Source of the DNA: Bacteroidales bacterium | GTDB taxonomy: Bacteria > Bacteroidota > Bacteroidia > Bacteroidales > UBA3824 | Assembly (NCBI GenBank): GCA_024401025.1 | Contig: JAKSLV010000001.1 | Location: forward strand, 6,643 to 70,642 | Direction of reading: 5' to 3' | DNA: 64,000 bases | Part shown: piece by piece, positions 57,904 to 64,000 of the stretch | How the letters are laid out: each line of letters begins with the position of its first letter | Numbering within the stretch: the first letter of the stretch is position 1 | Translations under genes and position numbers: made by a program | Notes under the pieces: model-generated | Seen by the model: only the letters and a program-made list of their open reading frames with translations | Told to the model about the DNA's origin: nothing | Database searches by the model: none

Positions 57904-59790
57904 TTAGTTGAACCGTTTTTCTATCTCGTCAAGCGATACTATCACCACGGCGGTTTTGCCGTCGGGCGAATAGTTGGGCGCCGATGTCGCAAACAGCGCG
58001 TCGGTAAGCTGGCGCATCTCCAGCGGCTCCAGGCTGCGGCCCGATACTATGGCCTCGCTTCTGGCTATCGACTTGGCCAGCACGTCCCTCATCGATGATG
58101 ATATGTTTCCGTGCTCGTTTTTGTAGCTGTCTATTATGCACATCAGCACATCCACGGCCTTGTTTTGCTCCAGATACGGCGGTATGCCGTTCAGCATCAC
58201 CTTGCCGTTGTCCAGAAACTCCAGCTCGTATCCCACCGACAGCAGCTCGTCCCTGGTGTCGTAGGCCATGGCCATCGAGTTTGGGTCCAGCTCCAGCTCC
58301 TGAGCGTACAGCAGCTTCTGCACGGTGTCGGAGTTTATGTCCACGCTGTTCAGGTATTGCTCGTACAATACCCTGAAGTGGGCCCTGTGCTGGTCTATTA
58401 TCATCAGTCCGCTCTTGGCGGGCGATACTATGTACTTGTTTTTTATCTGTATCAGCTTGCTCTCGGCCTGTGTGGCGTCCTGCATGGGCATACTGGTCTG
58501 TTCGGCTTTTGGAGAGCTGATGCTTGCCGTATATGCGCCCGTGGCATCGCCGGGGCTGTCATACAGTTTTTCCCAGTTGTTCAGGTTGTGCCTGTCGGTA
58601 ATGTTTTCGGAGGACTGATACTTGCTCCTATAGCTGCCTGCTCCGCCGCCGCGCATTGTTGACGTCGACTTCTCTGTGCTCACGAATGGGTTGTAGAATG
58701 GGTCGTACTGTATCTGAGGCTCGCTGGGCATTGGCTCGCTCTTGGGAAAATACGGAATCTCGCCGGCCTCCTGATTGTCGAAATCTATGGCGGGGGCCAC
58801 GTTGCACTTGCTCAGGGTCTCCTTGATTCCGGCCTGAAGCAGGCGAAACACGTCGGGCCCGTTCTCGAAGTTTATCTCCGTCTTGGTGGGGTGCACGTTT
58901 ACGTCTATCGTCCTTGGGTCCACCTCCATGTAGAGGAAATATGGCGGAATGCAGTCGGGGAGGGTAAGCTTGTCGTAGGCCAGGGTTACGGCCTTGTTGA
59001 AGTACTGGCTCTTCATGAACCTGTTGTTCACAAAGAAATACTGCTTGTCGTTCTTGCGCTTGCTGTTGCTGGGCTTCCCGGTAAATCCCGTAATCTTTAC
59101 TATCGAGGTGTCGATGTCCACGGGTATCAGCTCAGAGTTCAGGCTCTTGCCGAACACTCCTATAATCCTCTGCTTCAGGCTGGCCTTGGGCAGGGAGTAA
59201 ATCATAGCGTCGTTGTGGTAGAGGGCAAACTCTATGTCGGGATGGGTGAGCACTATCCTCTGAAACTCTGTGATTATGTGCTGAAGCTCAGTGCTGTTGG
59301 CCTTCAGAAACTTGCGGCGTGCCGGCACGTTGTAGAACAGCGATTTTACGGCAAAGTTGGTTCCCGGGCTCATGCTGCATGCGCTCTGGCTTACAAACTC
59401 CGATCCGTTTATGATTATGTGGGTGCCCACGGTGTCCTCGGGGCGGCGCGTCTTCAGCTCCACCTCGGCCACGGCGGCTATCGAGGCCAGGGCCTCGCCC
59501 CTGAATCCCTTGGTGTAGATGCAGAAGAGGTCGTCGGTCTTGTAGATCTTGCTGGTGGCGTGGCGCTCGAAACTCATGCGGGCATCGGTAACGCTCATGC
59601 CGCAGCCATTGTCGATCACCTGCACCAGGGTGCGTCCCGCATCCTTGATGTTGACGGTAATCTTGCTGGCACCGGCATCCACAGAGTTCTCCACCAGCTC
59701 CTTTATCACTGATGCAGGCCTCTGGATTACCTCTCCCGCCGCTATCTGGTTGGCGAGAGCATCCGACATTAGTTTTATTACGTCTGCCAT
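57904..59790 (-). CDS. mutL: DNA mismatch repair protein MutL
   Basis: LANQIAAGEVIQRPASVIKELVENSVDAG, DNGCGM and GFRGEALASI N-terminal GHKL ATPase motifs. Full length, 628 aa. Confidence 0.95.
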   Translation of the reverse strand: MADVIKLMSDALANQIAAGEVIQRPASVIKELVENSVDAGASKITVNIKDAGRTLVQVIDNGCGMSVTDARMSFERHATSKIYKTDDLFCIYTKGFRGEALASIAAVAEVELKTRRPEDTVGTHIIINGSEFVSQSACSMSPGTNFAVKSLFYNVPARRKFLKANSTELQHIITEFQRIVLTHPDIEFALYHNDAMIYSLPKASLKQRIIGVFGKSLNSELIPVDIDTSIVKITGFTGKPSNSKRKNDKQYFFVNNRFMKSQYFNKAVTLAYDKLTLPDCIPPYFLYMEVDPRTIDVNVHPTKTEINFENGPDVFRLLQAGIKETLSKCNVAPAIDFDNQEAGEIPYFPKSEPMPSEPQIQYDPFYNPFVSTEKSTSTMRGGGAGSYRSKYQSSENITDRHNLNNWEKLYDSPGDATGAYTASISSPKAEQTSMPMQDATQAESKLIQIKNKYIVSPAKSGLMIIDQHRAHFRVLYEQYLNSVDINSDTVQKLLYAQELELDPNSMAMAYDTRDELLSVGYELEFLDNGKVMLNGIPPYLEQNKAVDVLMCIIDSYKNEHGNISSSMRDVLAKSIARSEAIVSGRSLEPLEMRQLTDALFATSAPNYSPDGKTAVVIVSLDEIEKRFN

Positions 59791-59795
59791 ATTAC

Positions 59796-59856
59796 AATCA
59801 CTTCTATTACTTCAACCCTTCAATCACTTCAATCACTTCAGTTACTTCAATCACTT
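59796..59856 (-). repeat. Imperfect 9-bp tandem repeat, about 7 units (plus strand AATCACTTC; minus strand GAAGTGATT)
   Basis: Units on the plus strand: aatcacttc (59796-804), tattacttc (805-813), aacccttc (814-821), aatcacttc (822-830), aatcacttc (831-839), agttacttc (840-848) and aatcactt (849-856). The tract fills the whole spacer between the stop at 59855..59857 and the mutL ATG at 59790. Confidence 0.9.
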
Positions 59857-60142
59857 AAATAAAGCCAAAGTATCTGTTTGTGAAATACACCACCAGGCCA
59901 ATGCAGATGGCCAGTATCATGATGCGGCGGTTGCTGCCCTTAAGCTCTTCGTGCCTTCGCTCATACATTCTCTTGAAAGTGCCGTGCTGCAATATGCGCA
60001 CATCCTGTGCGTCCTCCTTGCCAAGCTCCTTGCGGATTTCGGCGCGGCGGCGCTCAAAGTCTTCCTTGTCCTCGTTGTAGAAGAGGGGGCGGTATTCAAA
60101 CCTGTGTATCTTGCTCTCAGGAAAAAATCTTGGTAATCCCAT
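59855..60142 (-). CDS. Small (95 aa) tail-anchored membrane protein, function unknown
   Basis: Charged N-terminal region and a C-terminal TM helix, IMILAICIGLVVYF. It lies directly upstream of mutL on the same strand and is preceded by a -7 box. Confidence 0.55.
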   Translation of the reverse strand: MGLPRFFPESKIHRFEYRPLFYNEDKEDFERRRAEIRKELGKEDAQDVRILQHGTFKRMYERRHEELKGSNRRIMILAICIGLVVYFTNRYFGFI

Positions 60143-60172
60143 GGTATCTTATGTTTTTATTTGTTATCTTCG

Positions 60173-60180
60173 CAAAGGTA
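60173..60180 (-). promoter_or_regulatory. -7 box TAccTTTG
   Basis: Reverse complement of caaaggta, 31 nt upstream of ATG 60142. Confidence 0.45.
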
Positions 60181-60182
60181 AT

Positions 60183-60190
60183 TATTTTTG
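60183..60190 (+). promoter_or_regulatory. -7 box TAttTTTG
   Basis: TAnnTTTG match, 33 nt upstream of ATG 60223. It sits back to back with the divergent box at 60173..60180. Confidence 0.45.
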
Positions 60191-60222
60191 CTGACATTTT
60201 CATCATTAAAAAAACAAAAAAA

Positions 60223-61011
60223 ATGTTGACCTTTGATAATAATATAGGATTATACAAGTTTCAAATATTGCAGCGCTATCCCGGGGTGCTCAATTTCGTT
60301 ACCACGCGCCACCGTCCCGACGGCACGGGCAGCGATTTCAACATCGGTTTCAGCGGCGGACCCGAGCACGAATCTCTGGCCAACCGCCATCTGCTGGCCC
60401 GTGCGGTGGGGGTGGAGCCCGGCCGTTTTGTGTTTATGAATCAGGTGCACAGGGATAATTGTTTTGTGGCTGATGCTTCTGTCAATGATTTGGGATTCAG
60501 CTCCAAGCATACCGCCGTAAAGGATACCGACATACTTGTAACCAACGCGTCAGACGTATGCCTCGTAACTCGGTCGGCCGACTGCATTCCGGTGCTCCTG
60601 TATTCGCCCGACTCCCATTCCATAGCGGCTGCACATTCCGGACGCGAGGGCACGTATCTAGGCGTGGCGGCCAAGGCGGCGCATCAGCTCGTAGATAGAT
60701 ATGGCGCCAAGGCTGATGGAATTGTGGCGTGCATAGGCCCGGGAATCAATGGCGATTGCTACGAGGTGGATCTCGACTGCGCCGCCAAGTTCTTGAACGA
60801 CAGTCGTTTTGCTCCCGATACCATCGAGCTTAGGAACGGAAAAGCGTATCTGGACCTCAAGAAAATGATTTTTTATGATTTATTAACATTCGGACTTGTT
60901 GCAAACAACATCGAAATTAGTGATATTTGCACTAAATGCTGTGCCCGGGATTTCTTCTCGGCACGCAGGGGCGAAACTCAGCGTTTCTGTGCAGGCATCT
61001 GCCTAAGGTAG
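60223..61011 (+). CDS. pgeF: Peptidoglycan editing factor PgeF (YfiH/DUF152 laccase-domain protein)
   Basis: Part of ORF 60007..61011, trimmed to ATG 60223 (MLTFDNNIGLYKF). MNQVHRDN, TRSADCIPVLLY and AAAHSGREGT match the His-Cys-His site of this family. Confidence 0.85.
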   Translation: MLTFDNNIGLYKFQILQRYPGVLNFVTTRHRPDGTGSDFNIGFSGGPEHESLANRHLLARAVGVEPGRFVFMNQVHRDNCFVADASVNDLGFSSKHTAVKDTDILVTNASDVCLVTRSADCIPVLLYSPDSHSIAAAHSGREGTYLGVAAKAAHQLVDRYGAKADGIVACIGPGINGDCYEVDLDCAAKFLNDSRFAPDTIELRNGKAYLDLKKMIFYDLLTFGLVANNIEISDICTKCCARDFFSARRGETQRFCAGICLR

Positions 61012-61054
61012 CATCAGCCCGTATGTATTAACTTAAATTTTTGCCTATAAAGTG

Positions 61055-61876
61055 ATGAAGAATTATTGCATTATGATACTGGCCCTATGCGCATGCGTGG
61101 CAATGTCGTGCGGCAAGGGCATAAAGCCAAGACCCCTGGCCGCCAATTCGTCGGCTGCCGTAAGGGAAACCATGGCATCAGCACCATCCGAGGCCAAGTC
61201 TCAGCCCACTCCGCTCGACGAGTACGACCTCAATTTCTGGGATTCGCTCGACAACAGGGCTTTCCCCGATCCCCACTTGAGGGCTGATACTTCGGGATCG
61301 CTGTATAAGCGCGGCTCCAAGTATGCCACGGCATCGCGCCCAAATCCATCCCGGCATCCTCAGGCGCGCAGCCGCATGCACGCCGCCTACAGGCTTGGCA
61401 TCGCTTTTGCTTCCAACGATCCCGAGCAGGTGCAGCAGCGCCTCAGGCTTGTCCGCATGACCACGCCATCGGTGGTGAGTGCTGATACTGCCTCAATTGT
61501 TGGGGCCGACGTGGATTCGCTATTCCTGCAGTGCGTGGCCCGGGCCGACGGCGACAACGAGCACGGAATGGCAGCCGTGATGGTTTCGGGATATTATTTC
61601 GGAAACCTCAGCAAGATTCTCCAGAACGTGAACCCTGATACTCAGCTCCCCGACGAGAAAACCGTGGAATCAGCCATCAGCCGCATAGAGAATCTAAAGA
61701 AATACATCAACCAGGCTCTCACATCGGAGCGCGATGTTAATGCCACAATGCTGCTTCAGGACATTCAGGCCCGGGCCGACAGCATCACAAAGGTTTACGG
61801 AAACCTTACTTTCGCTTCTCAGGACAAATTCCAGCAACTGATTGGCGACATCAACAATGTCGACAACTGTTTCTGA
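61055..61876 (+). CDS. Lipoprotein, function unknown
   Basis: Part of ORF 61052..61876. The track start is GTG, so I trimmed to ATG 61055. Lipoprotein signal MKNYCIMILALCACVAMSCGKG. Confidence 0.6.
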   Translation: MKNYCIMILALCACVAMSCGKGIKPRPLAANSSAAVRETMASAPSEAKSQPTPLDEYDLNFWDSLDNRAFPDPHLRADTSGSLYKRGSKYATASRPNPSRHPQARSRMHAAYRLGIAFASNDPEQVQQRLRLVRMTTPSVVSADTASIVGADVDSLFLQCVARADGDNEHGMAAVMVSGYYFGNLSKILQNVNPDTQLPDEKTVESAISRIENLKKYINQALTSERDVNATMLLQDIQARADSITKVYGNLTFASQDKFQQLIGDINNVDNCF

Positions 61877-61918
61877 TACTTAAATATTTTACACACAATT
61901 TTTTAATACTGGAAAAAT

Positions 61919-64000
61919 ATGGAAGATAATAATAAAGTAACCACAGTGGAGCGCTACAACAGGCGCACACTCACACGCATACTCTCCGACCTCTTCAAGA
62001 ACAATCCAATGCGCGATTATTCTACCGACGAGCTGGTGGAGACACTTCAGATAAAGGACGACGGATCGCGCCAGATCCTCGACCTCGTGATAAAGGACCT
62101 GATGGATACCAACCGCATCAGCAAAAACTCCTACGGCGACTATCACGCCCAGATAAAGACCGGCGTGGTGATAGGCACCATCGACCTCAGCAAGAAGGGA
62201 ATGGCCTTCGTGACTCCCGATGAGAGCGATATCGAGATAGCCATATCTCAGGAGCATCTCCGCAACGCCCTCAATGGCGACAAGGTAGAGGTCTCGCTCT
62301 TTGCCGCCTCGGCCGACGGCCGCCAGGAGGGCGAGGTGATCCGCATAGTAAAGCGCGCCCGCACCACATTTGTGGGAACCATTGAGAAATCCAAGAATTT
62401 CGCGTTCCTGGTTCCCAACCACAAGACAATGCCTTACGACATCTTTATCCCTCTCAGCAAGATGATGAAGGCCCAGCCCGGCGACAAGGCCGTGGCCAAG
62501 ATCACCGAGTGGCCCGAGGGCGCCAAGAATCCTATCGGCGAGATTGTGGAGGTTTTGGGCTCCACCGGCGACAACGAGACCGAGATGCACGCCATCCTGG
62601 CCGAGTTTAATCTCCCTTACGCATTCCCCAAGGATGTGGAGGAGGAGGCTGCCAGCCTCGACGCAGGCATCACTCCCGAGGAGGTGGCCAAGCGCCGCGA
62701 CCTCCGCGACATACTCACCTTCACCATCGACCCAGCCGATGCCAAGGACTTCGACGATGCCATATCTTACCGTGTGCTCCCAAACGGAAACTACGAGATT
62801 GGCGTCCACATTGCCGACGTGTCACATTATATTATAGACGGCACCCGCCTCGACGAGGAGGCTCAGGCCCGCGCCACCAGCGTTTACCTCGTTGACCGCG
62901 TGGTTCCCATGCTCCCTGAAGCTCTCTGCAACGGCATCTGCTCTCTCCGTCAGGACGAGGACAAGCTCACTTTCTCTGCCGTATTCGAGCTCAACGAGAA
63001 TGCCGAGATTCAGAGCGAGTGGTTCGGCAAGACCGTAATCCGCAGCAACCGCCGTTTTGCCTACGAGGAGGCTCAGCAGGTGATAGAGACCGGCGAGGGC
63101 GATTGCAAGGAGGCTATCCTGAAGGCTTGGGACCTCGCAAGCAAGCTCCGCGACGCACGTTTCAAGGCCGGTTCCATCTCGTTCGACAAGGCCGAGATCA
63201 AGTTCGACATCGATGAGAACGGCAAGCCGCTCCGCGTTTACTTCAAGGAGACCAAGGAGGCCAACTGGCTTGTGGAGGAGTTCATGCTCCTGGCCAACAA
63301 GCGAGTAGCCACTTTCATAGGCGCCAAGAAGGACAAGCGCCATCCAGCCAAGACTTTCGTTTACCGTATCCACGACGAGCCGGATCTGGAGAAGCTCTCC
63401 TCTTTCCAGAAGTTTATCGGCAAGTTCGGATACTCTATCAATATGAGCAACGAACAGCTCATCGCTAAGACCCTCAACGAGGTGCTCACCAAGGTGAAGG
63501 GCCGCGACGAGCAGGAGGTGGTCTCATCTCTCGCCGTCCGCTCTATGGCCAAGGCTGTGTATTCCACCGAGAATATCGGTCACTATGGTTTGGCGTTCCC
63601 ATACTACACCCACTTTACATCGCCTATCCGCCGCTATCCCGATTTGATGGTTCACCGTCTGCTCTTCAGCTACCTCAATGGCGAGAAGTCGGCCGACAAG
63701 AATTATTACGAGAAGCTCTGCAAGCACTGCAGCGACCGTGAGTATCTGGCAGTACAGGCCGAGCGCGCCTCCGACAAGTACAAGGAGGTGGAGTTTATGC
63801 GTGACCACCTTGGCGAGGTGTTCCCGGCCGTAATCTCAGGCATCACTGAGTGGGGCGTATACGCCGAGCTCGAGGAAAACAAGATAGAGGGCATGATCCC
63901 TATGCGCGACCTTGATGACGATTTCTACATGTTCGACGAGGAGAACTACTGCCTGATTGGTCACTACACCAAGCGCAAGTTCCAGCTCGGCGACAAGATT
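61919..64000 (+). CDS. rnr: Ribonuclease R, 3' end beyond the window (694 codons visible)
   Basis: Absent from the ORF track because it has no stop in the window. My hand translation from ATG 61919 is open to base 64000. RNB motifs FTIDPADAKDFDDAISY, HIADVSHY, YLVDRVVPMLPE and HYGLAFPYYTHFTSPIRRYPDLMVHR, followed by the start of the S1 domain (GEVFPAVISGITEWGVYAEL). The minus-strand ORF 61889..62809 is its shadow. Confidence 0.93.
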   Translation, partial: MEDNNKVTTVERYNRRTLTRILSDLFKNNPMRDYSTDELVETLQIKDDGSRQILDLVIKDLMDTNRISKNSYGDYHAQIKTGVVIGTIDLSKKGMAFVTPDESDIEIAISQEHLRNALNGDKVEVSLFAASADGRQEGEVIRIVKRARTTFVGTIEKSKNFAFLVPNHKTMPYDIFIPLSKMMKAQPGDKAVAKITEWPEGAKNPIGEIVEVLGSTGDNETEMHAILAEFNLPYAFPKDVEEEAASLDAGITPEEVAKRRDLRDILTFTIDPADAKDFDDAISYRVLPNGNYEIGVHIADVSHYIIDGTRLDEEAQARATSVYLVDRVVPMLPEALCNGICSLRQDEDKLTFSAVFELNENAEIQSEWFGKTVIRSNRRFAYEEAQQVIETGEGDCKEAILKAWDLASKLRDARFKAGSISFDKAEIKFDIDENGKPLRVYFKETKEANWLVEEFMLLANKRVATFIGAKKDKRHPAKTFVYRIHDEPDLEKLSSFQKFIGKFGYSINMSNEQLIAKTLNEVLTKVKGRDEQEVVSSLAVRSMAKAVYSTENIGHYGLAFPYYTHFTSPIRRYPDLMVHRLLFSYLNGEKSADKNYYEKLCKHCSDREYLAVQAERASDKYKEVEFMRDHLGEVFPAVISGITEWGVYAELEENKIEGMIPMRDLDDDFYMFDEENYCLIGHYTKRKFQLGDKI

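Noticed and set aside
60007-60222. 72-codon N-terminal extension of the pgeF ORF
   Set aside because: It is Arg/Cys/Gly-rich, antisense to the 95-aa gene and spans the divergent promoter boxes. The conserved PgeF sequence begins at ATG 60223.
61889-62809. 306-aa minus-strand ORF near the right edge
   Set aside because: It is the shadow of rnr, which is open on the plus strand from 61919 to the window end and carries all RNase II/R motifs.

Overview
This is a core-chromosome window from a Bacteroidales-type genome. It holds about 50 protein genes. TAnnTTTG -7 promoter boxes precede many genes, Shine-Dalgarno-like signals are absent, and many N-termini look like signal peptides or lipoproteins. 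I found no rRNA, tRNA, CRISPR array, transposase, integrase or phage genes. Confidently recognised housekeeping genes are thiC, ribBA, pgk, ubiE/menG, mnmA, mutL, pgeF and rnr (3' truncated), plus an LptF/LptG-type permease, a YbiT-like ABC-F ATPase, two tandem rhomboid proteases, a GH78 rhamnosidase, two GT2 glycosyltransferases and an OmpA/TolB-like protein. Two edge genes are missing from the ORF track because they lack a stop codon in the window: a TPR sensor at 1..1251 (minus) and rnr at 61919..64000 (plus). I hand-translated both and found them open throughout. The ORF track also uses GTG and TTG as starts, so I trimmed several N-termini to the ATG that sits directly before a signal peptide. 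The candidates most worth follow-up are listed here. (1) A tightly coupled envelope cassette at 39461..43669: a beta-helix lipoprotein, a VTC/TTM polyphosphate-polymerase-domain protein, a DUF4956 membrane protein and an outer-membrane barrel. It may be a split bacterial analogue of the eukaryotic VTC polyphosphate synthase/translocase. (2) A three-gene signalling operon at 15401..23324: a 903-aa periplasmic TPR protein, a soluble PAS histidine kinase, and a TPR-TM-PAS kinase-like protein. The third protein has no histidine in its DHp H-box but carries a C-terminal HxxKG (HPt-like) motif. (3) The only response regulator in the window (LytTR type) has Glu in place of the phospho-acceptor Asp. 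(4) The ABC-F ATPase has degenerate Walker A and catalytic Glu positions in its second nucleotide-binding domain. (5) Two intergenic tandem-repeat tracts: TCAAAAA x7 ahead of the OmpA-like gene and an imperfect 9-mer x7 ahead of mutL. (6) A promoter-plus-terminator-bounded candidate small RNA. (7) Four paralogous signal peptide-TPR-TM sensors, two of them with PP2C/SpoIIE outputs and no visible partner-switching genes. None of these is proven. All functional readings rest on motif recognition by eye, and no database or HMM search was run.
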